Shown: in pieces, positions 14,661 through 27,989 of the stretch | Position numbering within the stretch: position 1 is the stretch's first letter | How the letters are laid out: every line of letters begins with the position of its first letter | NCBI GenBank assembly: GCA_951406725.2 | Contig: OX597834.1 | Span: 15,934,001-15,998,000, forward strand | Reading direction: 5' to 3' | DNA from: Octopus vulgaris | Lineage: Eukaryota | DNA length: 64,000 nucleotides | The notes under the pieces: generated by a model | Told to the model about the DNA's origin: nothing | Seen by the model: only the letters and a program-made list of their open reading frames with translations | Databases searched by the model: none | Translations under genes and position numbers: made by a program

Positions 14661-14893
14661 GGCGGCGAGCTGGCAGAAACGTTAGCACGCCTGGCGAAAT
14701 GCGTAGCGGTATTTCGTCTGCTGTTACGTTCTGAGTTCAAATTCTGCCGAGGTCGACTTTGCCTTTCATCCTTTCGGGGTCGATAAATTAAGTACCAGTT
14801 ACGCACTGGGGGGGTCGATGTAATCAACTTAATACCTTTGTCTGTCCTTGTTTGTACCCTCTGTGTTTAGCCCCTTGTGGGTAATAAAGAAAT
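14661..14893 (+). mobile_element. SINE family B (Meta-domain-like core)
   Basis: tRNA-like head ggcggcgagctggcagaa...gagttcaaattc, then gtcgactttgcctttcatcctttcggggtcgataaattaagtaccag, which resembles the MetaSINE core; other copies at 15637-16042(+), 24205-24435(-), 28973-29197(-), 35728-36150(-). Confidence 0.8.
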
Positions 14894-14955
14894 ACGTATA
14901 TATGCGTTCGGCAGGAGATGCAGAATCGAAATAAGTGTGTTTTGTGGATGTTGCT

Positions 14956-15159
14956 CTTTCAGTCATTTGACTGCGGCCATGCTGGAGCACTGCCTTTAGT
15001 CGAGCAAATCGACCCCCCAGGACTTATTCTTTGTAAGCCTAGTACTGATTCTATCAGTCTCTTTTGCTGAACTGCTAAGTTACGGGGACGTAAACACACC
15101 AGCATCGGTTGTCAAGCGATGTTGTGGGGACAAACACAGCCACAAACACACACACATAC

Positions 15160-15202
<43 letters not shown>

Positions 15203-15366
15203 CACATATATACAACAGGCTTCTTTCAGTTTCCGTCTACTAAATCCACTCACAAGGCTTTATTTGGCCCGAGGCTATAGTAAAAGACACTTGCCCAAGG
15301 TGCTATGGAGTGGGACTGAACCCAGAACCAAGTGGTTGGTAAGCAAGCTGCTTACCACACAGCCAC
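14956..15366 (-). mobile_element. SINE family A
   Basis: Reverse complement of 9186-9560. Confidence 0.85.
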
Positions 15367-16927
15367 GCATGTTTAAAAATTTTTCACATTTTTTTTTTTG
15401 CTAAACTGATAAAACAGACAAACAGACAGACACCCACAAAAGTGTATTAAAACCCTTTTTCTCTCCTCACTCATATATTCTTTTATCTTTTACTTGTTTC
15501 AGTCATTAGACAGCAGCTCATGCCGGGGCGCGCTGGCTTGGAGAATTTTAGTCTTATAACCCCTAAATTCTGAGTGCGATTCCAGGCAGTGACCTGAATA
15601 ATAGTAATAACAACAACATCGAAAGACACTTTTAGAAGGCAGCGAGCTAGCAGAAACATTAGCACGCAGGGCGAAATGCTTAGTGGTATTTCGTCTGCAG
15701 CTACATTCTGAGTTCAAATTTCACCAAGGTCGACTTTGTCTTTCATCCTTTCGGGGTCGATTAAATAAGTACCAGTTACGTACTGGAGTCGATGTAATCG
15801 ACTTAATCCGTTTGTCTGTCCTTGTTTGTCCCCTCTGTGTTTAGCCCCTTGTGGGCAGTAAAGAAATAGGTATTTCATCTGCCGTTACATTCTGAGTTCA
15901 AATTCTGCTGAGGTCGACTTTGCCTTTCATCCTTTCGAGGTTGATTCAATAACTACCAGTTACGCATTGGGGTCGACGTAATTGACTTAATCTGTTTGTT
16001 TGCCCCCTCTGTGTGTAGCCCCTTGTGGGCAGTAAAGAAATAAAAATGTGACAAGGCTGGCCCCTTTGAAATACAGGTAGAAACTCATTTTTACTTGCTG
16101 AATGGAGTAGACCAACATGAAATAAAGTGTCTTGCTCAAGGACAAAATGCACCACTGGATATTGAACTCACAGTTTAACAATTTTGAGCCAGGATACCTA
16201 ACCCACTGAGCCACACGCGCCATACATATGTATGTAAATATGTATATTCGAGTATAATTGCAAACATTATTCACATCTGGTTACTTTGAATAAACATCAA
16301 AAGGACATTTTTTCTTTTGCCTCTTTTCTGTTTTATTTTCTTTTTTGTTTCTTTGCCTTTTTTTTTTTGTGCTTTTTGTCAAAGAATATCTCAAGTGACA
16401 AGTAAGAAAGCAACAACAACAATCAACAAGAATTGCCAACGCTGCCAATGACGATGACGCCGCCACCACCGCTTCCACCAATGATGACGATAAAAGATGT
16501 TGATTGAATGAATGCATAGAAAGAAATCTGCAATTCAAACAACCGCTGTTTTAGTATTCCCAATGTTATCATCAAACTAAGGAAAAAAAAAAAAAAAAAA
16601 AAAAAAATAAGGAAAAAAATTACATAATCTATGGGTAGTTTGATATAATTTACGATTTGTGATTGGTTCGTTGGCTGATCTGTCGGCTGGTTGGTTGGTT
16701 TGGTTTGGTTCAGTTTCGTTCGATATTTTTTTTTTGTAGTTTATGTGTACATAATTTATATACCTATATTGTATATATATTTTTTCGTCACTAAAATAAC
16801 AAAATTTCTAAAGTTTTTATTTTTCCACTTTATACACACACACACATACACACACGCACACGTTACAATCATTCCACTTAAAATCAAATGTCTAAATGTC
16901 TACTTATGTACGCATGTATAAATAATA

Positions 16928-16959
<32 letters not shown>

Positions 16960-17165
16960 GTATTAGTAGTAGTATTTTAACCATCAATATGTTGGTGTAA
17001 TTTTTTTTTTTGGCATCATACTTATGAAAAAGGGTTTTTTAAATGAATAGAGTTTGTATATGTAGTTCTTTTTTTTATAAATATCAATATAAATGTTTAC
17101 AACAAACTGAGAATAACACAAATATGCATTAACCATGTGTGTGTGTGTGTATGCATATACATTTA

Positions 17166-17215
<50 letters not shown>

Positions 17216-17647
17216 AATGTATATGTATATGCATAAACACACACACACATGTATATATGCACACACACATACACACACACACACACACACGTATATATGC
17301 ACACACACACACACACACACACACATACATACATACATACATACATACACACATACATACATACATACATATATATGCAATCATCATCACTATTTAACAT
17401 CCATTTTCCATGCTGGCAATATACAGGTATACATGTATATTTGTGTGCATGTATGCATGTGTGTGTGTGTTTATATATATATATACACACAGACACATAC
17501 ATACATGTGCACATATGCCATGATGTGTGTGTGTATGGTGTTTATACTAATACCAAACAAGATATATCTGTATATTTTTTATGTTTATACAAACAACATG
17601 TATGTCTACACAAACACAGACAGACATGTATTATACCCATGCATGTG

Positions 17648-17681
<34 letters not shown>

Positions 17682-17924
17682 TTATAAATACAAAGTGGTC
17701 AGAAACACCTTAGAAATTGTTATATTTAAAAATTACGTTTAAGTGACTATACAAATGTGTGTGTGTGTGTGTGTGTGTGTCTTTGTTTATGCTAATATGT
17801 TTCGTCATGTATGTATATATGTATGTAAGCATGCATTCCTATATGTATATATATGAGTTTCTACATGTGTTTGTATATTTATGTATGCAAATACGCTTAT
17901 GTGCATGTGTTTATGTAGATGTAG

Positions 17925-17972
<48 letters not shown>

Positions 17973-18113
17973 TTCTCTGTGTTTGTGTATATTTAAGTAA
18001 GTAAATATGTTTGTGTGTGTGTGTGTGTATATAATGTTTAAATGCTGCTATACGTATTATATTGTCTGTGCCTCTGTTTGTGTGTGTGTCTATATCTATC
18101 TATCTATCTCTCT

Positions 18114-18185
<72 letters not shown>

Positions 18186-18214
18186 TACATACACATTAGC
18201 AATATTAATAACTG

Positions 18215-18271
<57 letters not shown>

Positions 18272-18783
18272 GTCCACTCTGTTGTGTGGTTGGTGTTAGG
18301 AAGGGCATCCAGCTGTAAAAATCTTGCCGAAACAGTTAGAGAAGTCTGGGGCAGGCTCCTGCCTGGCCAGCTCCTGACAAACCATCCCACCCATGCCAGC
18401 ATGGAAGGCAGACATGAAATGATGATGATGAGGAGGAGGATGACACAACAATAACTTAACCTAGAATGTGCATGTAAGCATCATGCAAAATACACAAATA
18501 TTCAACTGATATTAGTATAATTTATGTACTTAAGGTTGGAGCATATACACTCCTTGCGTATATGTAATCTGTGTATAGATTTGTGTGCATGTGCATGCGT
18601 ATATGTGTATGTACAAAGCCTTGTGAGTGGATTTGGTAGACGGAAACTGAAAGCCTATCATTTATATCTATATATATATACCGGAGTAAACACATAAATG
18701 TGAAACAAGGTGGAAAAAAGAGTACTCAAATACCAGTGGTAGAGTAATATGCTTTATTTTAAGCAGCAGAAAATTCAACAAAA

Positions 18784-18816
18784 TCTGTTACTCTGAGTTT
18801 CCCGTTGCCATTCGTC

Positions 18817-18819
<3 letters not shown>
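18784..18819 (-). ncRNA. Truncated minimal hammerhead motif in a TA-embedded element (about 18681-18819)
   Basis: CTGACGA atggcaacgg GAAA ctcagag TA acaga; the 5' arm of stem I is lost into (TA)n; a related decayed copy lies at 45342-45379 (+). Confidence 0.45.
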
Positions 18820-18866
<47 letters not shown>

Positions 18867-19094
18867 TTAGAGACAAAACCACTATTTTCAAAACAAACAA
18901 GGAAAGACTTGCAAAATACAAAAATTTTAATAATTTACTTTTTATTAAAATTTTATGTATTGATTAAGTCTTTCCTTGTTTGTTTTGCAAAATAGTAGTT
19001 TTGTCTCTAATTAATATTATATAATATTTTACTATAAAATTGGATTTAATCCTAAATCTGATTTTTTCCCTGTAAATTTGGATTTATTCCCTAA

Positions 19095-19164
<70 letters not shown>

Positions 19165-19901
19165 TATCAATGTGCATGATTCTTTGTGTCCGTGTTTCCC
19201 CAACCGCCATCATTGCCTGACAACCAGTGTTGGTGTGTTTACATCCCCATAACTTAGCGGTATGGCTAAAGAGACCTGTAGAATAAGTACTATGCTTAAA
19301 AAAACAAGTCCTGGGGTTGATCTGTTCAACTAAAAACCTTTCAAGGCAGTGCTCCAGCATGGCCACAGTCAATAAAAGACAATCTGGCTCATGCAAACAT
19401 GGAAAAGTAGACATGAAATGATGATGATGATTGGTGATGAAGAGCATCTCACTGAACAGAGAGCGAAATTGAGAGATGATGGGATGCTTGGTTCATCCTC
19501 TCCCAAGCAGAGGATTCACACACAAACTCAGGCATTACATTTCAATAACATTGCTACCAAAATTCTCTCACTTTCCAGTAACTGAGCACCAAAGACCTCA
19601 AACGCCTCCCATCTTCCAAAACTATATAAATTAATTTACTCTTTCCATCCTTCCATGACTGTCAACACCAACGACATCAACTATAACCGGCTCTCTTGTA
19701 TTTTTGTTCTGTTTTTTTTTTCATTGCTTTCCTTTTCCGTTTTTGTTATCTGTATTTGCTTTTTGCTGTCGATATTTTTCGTTTGGTGCAAAGGCCGCGA
19801 GATGACAGTATCATTAGCATGCCAGGCATTTCGTCCGTCCTTTGCATTCTGAGTTCAAATTCTGCTGAGGTTGACTCTGCCTATCATCCTTCCAGAGTTG
19901 A

Positions 19902-20797
19902 TTAACCTTTATGTTACCAACCCGACTGAAACCGGCCGTGGCTCTGAGTCCAAATGTCTTGTTTTCATAAGTTTTGAATTAAAATCTTCCATGAAACCTT
20001 AGTCACAATTTATGTTCCTAACACTAATGATAACTATGTTCCTAACACTAATAATTATAGCTTAATGATAATTTTACTAAATTCTTTGTTATATTCAAAA
20101 TTAATTGAAAGGAAACACAGAGCATCTCAACAGAAATATGGTAACAAAAGGGTTAAGTTATATAATAGAGAAACAATTCTTAACCCTTTTGATACCAACC
20201 TGCCTGAAACTACCTCTGGCTCTGTAGTACAAATGTCTTGTTTGCATATGTTCTGAATTAAAATATTCCACCAAACCTTAGTCACAATTTATGTTCCTAA
20301 CACTAATGATAACTATGTTCCTAACACTAATAATTATAGCTAAATGATAATTTTACTAAATTCTTTGTTATGTTCAAAATTAATTGAAAGAAACAAAGAG
20401 CATCTCAAAATAAATATGGTAACAAAAGGGTTAAGTTATATAATAGAGAAACAATTCTTAACCCTTTTGATACCAACCTGCCTGAAACTACCTCTGGCTC
20501 TGTAGTACAAATGTCTTGTTTGCATATGTTCTGAATTAAAATATTCCACCAAACCTTAGTCACAATTTATGTTCCTAACACTAATGATAACTAGAAACTA
20601 CCTCTGGCTCTGTAGTACAAATGTCTTGTTTGCATATGTTCTGAATTAAAATATTCCACCAAACCTTAGTCACAATTTATGTCCTTAACACTAGCTGAAT
20701 GATAACTAAATTATTTTATTAAATTCTTTGTTATGTTCAAAATTAATTGAAAGAAACAAAGAGCATCTCAAAATAAATACAGTAACGAAAGGGTTAA
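19902..20797 (+). mobile_element. Tandem array of the TTAA-flanked MITE (3 units plus an internal duplication)
   Basis: Repeated ttaaccc...gggttaa units joined by the spacer tatataatagagaaacaattc. Confidence 0.8.
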
Positions 20798-21665
20798 AAT
20801 AAGAACCAGCTGAGCATTGAGATCAATGTCATCGTCCAGCCCCCTCCCTCAAAACTGCTGGCCTTATGCCAATAGAAGAAAGCAATATTTTTATTTAGTA
20901 AAATAATTTTGTTTAGTACAGAATTGTTAGCCCACCAGGTAAAATGCTCATGATTGTAAGCTTGACGTTCTGAGTTCAAACCACTGAGCCATGACGCCTT
21001 CAACATTTGGGGTCAGAGATGAAGATAAATACCAGTTGAACACTGGGGTCAATGTAATCGACTCACCCCTCCCCTGAAATTACTGGCCTTGAGCCAAAAC
21101 CTGAAATAAATATTTTTGCTTAGAACAAAGGCGGCAAGCTGGCAGAATCGCTATGTTCTAAGTTCAAATTCTGCCGAAGTTGACTTCGCCTTTCATCCTT
21201 CCAGGGTCGATAAAATAAGTAGCAGTTGAATACTGGGGTTGATGTAATCGATTTATACCCTTCCCCAACTTCCCCAACAGCTGAGTGAACTGGAGCAACG
21301 TGAAATAGAGTGTCTTGCTCAAGAACACAACATGCAGCCCGGTCCGGGATTCGAACTCACAACCTCATGATTGTAAGCTTGACGCTCTAACCACTGAGCC
21401 ATGCGCCTTCAACATTTGGGACCAGAGATGAAGATAACTTACACAGCCATTCTCTCTCTCTCTAAGACACACATACAACCACATGTATTCCTATATCTGG
21501 GACAATAAGAAGGCTTCTCAACTAAGTTTTAGCACAATTCAATCAGGTAGTCTCGGTGAAGTTACCTGACTTACTAAAAGTAGCAGCCGAATCTGTTTCA
21601 GATTACAGCCTCAGTTCTTCAAATAAAAACAAAAAAAACATAAAAAAAAAGAAGGAAAGCAACAT

Positions 21666-21831
21666 AGGCGCAGGAGTGTGTGTGGTAAGTAGCTTGCTAA
21701 CCAACCACATGGTTCAGAGTTCAGTACCACTGCATGGCACCTTGGGCAAGTGTCTTCTGCTATAGCCTCTTGGGCCGACCTAAGCCTTGAGTGGATTTGG
21801 TAGACGGAAACTGAAAGAAGCCTGTCATATA

Positions 21832-21902
<71 letters not shown>

Positions 21903-22105
21903 CTGTATTTGTCCCCCTAGCATTGCTTGACAACCGATGCTGGTGTGTTTATGTCCCCGTCACTTAGCAGTTCGGCAAAAGAGACTGATAGAATAAGCAC
22001 TGGGCTTACAAAGAATAACTCCCGGGGTCGATTTGCTCGACTAAAGGTGGTGCTCCAGCATGGCCGCAGTCAAATGACTGAAACAAGTAAAAGAGTAAAA
22101 GAGAG
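21666..22105 (+). mobile_element. SINE family A
   Basis: Full-length match to the other copies. Confidence 0.85.
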
Positions 22106-22299
22106 TAACATTAGACAATGTGGTGCTAGACAAACATGCACCTGTGTCAAAGTGGAAGACAGGTATTACAATCAGATTACAATGCTTTGGATCATGGGTA
22201 GATCTCTTTGAATGAAACAGGTGTTAAAAGATTCATTTTTGTATCTGGTTGACAAGGTTGGAAAAGCAATGAAAATTTTGGAAGAAAAAATATAAATAA

Positions 22300-22695
22300 C
22301 TAGCAGTATCGCCCGGCGTTGCTCGGGTTTGTAAGGGAAATAACTATATAAGCATTTTTAGAGAGTTATAGCCAAAAAATAGCAAAAAATGCATTAAAAA
22401 TGGGGAAAAAATGATGGTAAATTTTTTTTTAAATCGTTGACTCATCGTAGACATTTTTAGAGAGTTACTTCCCTTATATAATAGCGAAAAAATGCATTAA
22501 AATGGAAAAAAATGATGGTAAATTTTTTTTAAATCGTAGACTCATCGTAGACGTGCACTAATACCCAGTAGGGCTCGATATGAATCAAGACTATAAGATA
22601 CCCGGTTTTGGTTAAACTGCACCGCAAAATGTGGGAGTAGTTAGGAATCTAAATCGTAGGAGACAGACACACAACCTCTCTTTTATATATAAAGA
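22300..22695 (-). mobile_element. Non-autonomous Helitron
   Basis: Minus strand starts TC (tctttatatataaaa) and ends with the hairpin cccgagcaacgccggg followed by ctgCTAG; inserted between A and T with no TSD. Confidence 0.8.
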
Positions 22696-23442
22696 TGAAT
22701 GAGTGGAAACTGAACCAGTGTGTGTGTTAAATAATAAGGCATTAAGACAACGTGACTGTCCCCAGACGCAAGAGAAAAGTTAAACAAGAGCACAGAAATT
22801 ACAGACTAGACAAAGACAGACGGACAGACAGACAAATACATGAGTTAATAAATTCATACAAAAACAGAAAAACCGGTGAAATTATTCTAATAAAGGAAAA
22901 CTTTCAGAAAACCAAATTCCCATTGCGGTCGAGTCCACATCCGACCACCCACCACCAGCAGACATCTCGAAATAATGGGAAAGCAAAACAAAAAGAGCAA
23001 ATAACGACAACAACAACAAGAACAACAACGAGCAACAATAATAATAATAATAATAATAATAATGATGAAGATGATGATGTAAAATTCATTGAAGTTGAAT
23101 AAACGTCATCATCGTCGACAACGACGACAACAACAACGTGAACAACAACAAACCAGAAAAGCAGATGGAAAATAAAATAAGATAAACGAAACACCCAGAA
23201 GAAATCAGTGACAGTTTGGAAGTACGACAGAGGCAGAGTTAGAGTCAAGACAGGAATTTAATCATTATGACTTTAAAAGTTCTTTCGAGAACAAATTTAA
23301 TTAATGGCTGCAATTCAGTTCATCATTATCATCATCATCATCATCATCAGTTATGTGCGTACATTATATATATATATATGTAGATATATGTGTATATGTG
23401 CGTGAGTGTGTGTGTACATACGTAGACATACATTATATATAT

Positions 23443-23486
<44 letters not shown>

Positions 23487-24966
23487 GTGTATGTCTACAT
23501 ATATATATATAAAATATATATATCAAATATACATATATATTTATAAATGAAATATACATATATACATAAACACGTATATCCGTATACAAACCTATAGTTG
23601 TATGTGTGGATATGTGTAGATATGCATATATATGTGTGTGTGTGTGTGTACATATATATATATATATATATGTACATATATATATATATGTGTGCTTGTA
23701 CGTGAATGTGTGTGTATACATTCATATATGCAAATGAGTAGACACACATATACACACACTTAAATATGTTAATTCACATGTGTAAATGTATACACACATA
23801 CATACATACATACACATATATTTTCATACTCGTATGTATGTACATTAACAAGTCTAAGAACTATGCGCAGCTAATGTCCAGAGAGTTGTAGAGAGTCTCT
23901 TTAAGAACAAGAAATAGCAGCGTATCTTTAGTATCTCTGGTACAAAGAACACGACACCAGCGCTAAGTTGGTCTTTTATTTCCCATGTCGCGCATACGAG
24001 AAGCTAATAAACAAGAGGAACCCACCAACGCATGATATCTACATATAACAAACTGGTTGTGAGTTCCAGATATCTCAGGAAAAAATCAGAAGCTCTGCCC
24101 TCTCTGTAGGATTTCTGTTGTGAAATTACTGCTTTAGAATACGTCTCTCGGTTGTGTGGTTCAAGAGGTTCAGTTTGTAACCATGTGATTTCGGGTTCAG
24201 CTCCTATTTCTTTACTACCCACAAGGGGCTAAACACAGAGAGGACAAACAAGGACAGACAAACGGATTAAGTCGATTACATCGACCCCAGTGCGTAACTG
24301 GTACTTAATTCATCGACTCCGAAAGGATGAAAGGCAAAGTCGACCTCGGCGGAATTTGAACTCAAGACGTAACGGCAGACGAAATACGGCTACGCATTTC
24401 ATCCGGCGTGCTAACGTTTCTGCCAGCTCGCCGCCATTCGGGTTCAGCTCCACTGTGCGGCACCTTGGGCAAGTGTCTTTTACAGTAGCCCCCCAGGCTG
24501 ACCAAAACCTTGGGAGTGAATTTAATTTGACCCAAGACCATTCTGATAGGAAGTGCAAAAGAAAGAGAGTAGCAGACTATTAAAGTTGTTTGTGAACGGA
24601 CAATATCAAAAATGGGGTTCTATATTTAAGGGTAGAGGAATTATGTACACAATAACCTTCTAAGCAGACTGAGGGTAGATATGGATAACATATGGGAACC
24701 AGTATTAAGGAAGAATAGGAAAATATTAGATTATAAGCCCTAAAAATTCACTCCATAATTGTCCACAGACACATAGTGTAGCGGTTAAGAGTGCGGGCTA
24801 CTAACTCCAAGATTCCGAATTCAATTCCAGACAGTGACCTGAATAATAATTATAATAATGATAATATCGAAAAATACCTTAGGAATGAGAACCCAGGGGG
24901 GTATATCAGCTGAAACGTTGTGTTAACAAGATGAGGACAAATATCTGTCAAATGTATGAAATAATC

Positions 24967-25248
24967 CAATTGCAGCGTGGAAGGTGTTTATAAGCCATTT
25001 AAGAAACACACAAAAGCCGTTCGATTCACTTCAACGTTTAAGTTTAATTTGTCAAAATATTTTCGTCGCTAAAATCCGCGACCTGTTCACTGACAAAAAT
25101 CCATGCAGCACGGATTTTTGTCAGTGAACAGGTCGCGGTCTTAAAGTGACGAAAATATTTTGACAAATTAAACTTAAATGTTGAAGTGAATCAAACGGCT
25201 TTTGTGTGTTTCTTGAATGGCTTATAAACACCTTCCACGCTGCAATTG
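24967..25248. repeat. Near-perfect fold-back (arms about 139 bp) within an insertion at 24966-25309
   Basis: caattgcagcgtggaagg...aaaatcc / ggatttt...ccttccacgctgcaattg; 12-bp direct repeat gtatgaaataat at 24954-24965 and 25310-25321. Confidence 0.9.
25048..25097 (-). ncRNA. Minimal hammerhead ribozyme variant (G3-C8)
   Basis: tttgtca GTGAACA g gtcgc ggatttta gcgac GAAA atat TT tgacaaa; 7-bp stem I, 5-bp stem II; mirror copy on + at 25117-25167. Confidence 0.55.
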
Positions 25249-26050
25249 TTTTCGTTTCAGCACACGATCTCAGATCAAATTACTTGCTATGCGAGTACAT
25301 CTCCGTAAAGTATGAAATAATGTAAATAATCAAAAATGAACTGGAAACCTCAAACGGAGCTGGAGTCTCTGTGGGCAGATCTGTGATGCAGGAAAGGGCA
25401 CCTGGTTGGTGATATTAAAGCTTCTTCCACCTTGTACCTTGAACTTCCTATTTTTTATTTTTACTTGTTTCAGTCATTAGAATGCAGCCATGCTGGAGCA
25501 CTGCCTTGACCATGCTTATATAAGAATTTTATAACCCATTCTTTTTATATGAAATTAATGACATCTAAAAGAAGATGCTTCTCCTTTATATTCGACTTTA
25601 GCGAATGTAATTTCAAACAGGAGGAATTTGATGTCATAAGATTGGGGTCCAATGACCACCGAGTTTCAACCCGAAATAATAACATATTTCCAAAAGTGGG
25701 CTGACAGTGATGGCCAAATCCCTGTTCATCATCTCCCTCTGACTTACAGTTTAACTCTTTTTTCCAGCCCCATATTCAGCAAGAAGCTCTTTCTGCTGTC
25801 TTTCCCATTTTGTGTACAGGTGCCTTTCTCTCGCTTCTTCTTAATCCAAGATGACGAGTTATTTTAAAGTTAAAATAACATCACCGAAATCTCAAAGCCA
25901 TGAGATAAGCCATGATTAATTCAAAATCCGTATGAATAAATAAGCATTACACTTGACAAGGTAATCTAAATGCTAAAGAGCAACGCAGCCTTTAAGGTAA
26001 AGAAAAACCATGTAAACACATACAAATGTGTGTGTGAGTAAGAGAGAGAA

Positions 26051-26092
<42 letters not shown>

Positions 26093-26174
26093 AACAGGTG
26101 TCTTCACAGTTTCTGTTTACTAAATTTCATTTTCAGGTAACACGAGTCAACAAAAAAAACCAACACCCAGTAAT

Positions 26175-26260
26175 TATTAAACTCTACTACAAAACTCAGA
26201 TAAGACCCTCAATAGAGTACTGCTCTCGTATCTGGGATGGTGCTGCTTTCCTAGACTGTA
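26175..26260 (+). mobile_element. CR1/Jockey-like RT C-terminal remnant
   Basis: LYYKTQIRPSIEYCSRIWDGA motif. Confidence 0.5.
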
Positions 26261-26875
26261 TCGCTGCACCACCACCACCACCACCACCACCACCCACAAA
26301 AACGACCACCCAACTGACGAGTATAAAGTCAATGCCAGCAACTCCTCGTTCACGGATACAGTGTCACTCACTATTTCTATATTGTGTTCCACCACCAAGC
26401 CCTACATTAACCCCGTAGCATTGAAACCAGCCACATCCAGCACAAATATTCTACCTGTATTATTATGTTCAAACCAGCCAGATTTGACCTCTCACACCTA
26501 CCCTACAATGCCGCCATTATAAAAATATACAATCGCGTCACTGAAACCTCAAAGCTACGAGACAATGCATGATTAATTCAAAATAATGTGGAATGTTAAT
26601 GGGACAATCCCTTTTCCCAGTCCTTCATCATCATCATCATCGTTTAACGTCTGTTTTCCGCGCTAGCACGGGTTGGACGGTTCGACCGGGGTCTGGGAAG
26701 CCAGGGGCTGCACCAGGCTCCAGTCTGATCTGGCAGAGTTTCTACAGCTGGATACCCTTCCTAACGCCAACCACTCCGCGAGTGTAGTGGGTGCTTTTTA
26801 CGTGCCACCTGCACAGGTGCCATGTCATCCTGCTGGAATTCCTTACCTGCTCAGGTTTATTTTCATTGCAGATGT

Positions 26876-27357
26876 TTAACCTTTTCATTACCAACCCAGC
26901 TGAAACCGGCTCTGGCTCTGAGTACAAATGTCTTGTTTTCATAAGTTTTGAATTAAAATCTTCCACCAAACCTTGGTCACAGTTTATGTTACTAACACTA
27001 GCTGAATGATAACCAAATTATTTTACTAAATTCTTTGTTATATTTAAAATTAATTGAAAGGAAACACAGAGCATCTCAAAATAAATATGGTAACAAAAGG
27101 GTTAAAATATATAATAGAGAAACAATTCTTAATGCTTTTGATACCAAACTGCCTGGAACAGCCTCTGGCTCTGTAGTACAAATGTTTTGTTTTCATAAGT
27201 TTTGAATTAAAATCTTCCACCAAACCTTGATCACAACTTATGTTCCTAATACTAGCTGAATGATAACTAAGTTATTTTACTAAATTCTTTGTCATATTTA
27301 AAGTAATTAAAAGAAACACCGGGCATCTCAAAATAAATACAGTAATGAAAGGGTTAA
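26876..27357 (+). mobile_element. Dimer of the TTAA-flanked MITE
   Basis: Two units with the same spacer as at 20157; another monomer lies on - at 36368-36595. Confidence 0.8.
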
Positions 27358-27459
27358 TAAGAACATCAATCATATCAATCATAATTCTTTACTCCCCAGA
27401 CCACATCCAAGTTGTGTTACAAAATGTTATAAATAGAAAAGGCTGACCATCCTACTCAC

Positions 27460-27642
27460 TGTTTAAACCAATGTTGTCGTAGGATGTGGTGTCCACAACT
27501 GGGAAAGGGTACATCTGTTCGACGTTGGCGGCTGACGGGTGAGACACCATGTCAGATAGGGAGTTGCCATGCTGTAAGGGTTTCACAGGGCTGTTTGACC
27601 GAGACGTTGAAGTAGGGCCTGAAGCTTGACCGTTGATTAAAT
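27460..27642 (-). CDS. Internal coding exon (183 nt, phase 1-1): DLINGQASGPTSTSRSNSPVKPLQHGNSLSDMVSHPSAANVEQMYPFPVVDTTSYDNIGLN
   Basis: Acceptor cttctgtttttcttgtag, donor A|gtgagt, 60 uninterrupted codons, GC content above flanks; G+AT gives Asp when joined to the 44686-44790 exon. Confidence 0.9.
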
Positions 27643-27989
27643 CTACAAGAAAAACAGAAGGGAAAAAAGACAGAAAAAATTAATACATTTTATCTCAAAA
27701 TGTCAATATTGTTGTTTAGCTCCAATTTTATTCTTATCAAACAAACCTATGATCCAAGGCTTTCCAACTAGGACCAACACCCCTTTCCCACTCTTTTATT
27801 TTAACAGGGGCAGTGTATCACATGTGCCCTTACCTTATTTTTTATTTTTTTTTTGGGTAGGTTTTTGTCTGGAAGATCTGACCTGCTATTTCTTGTGGGT
27901 CAAGCAATGTTATAACAATGCTCTACACTTATAATTATAAACCATCACCCTTGTATGGACAATATCTTTTAAATATTTACAGAGGAAAA

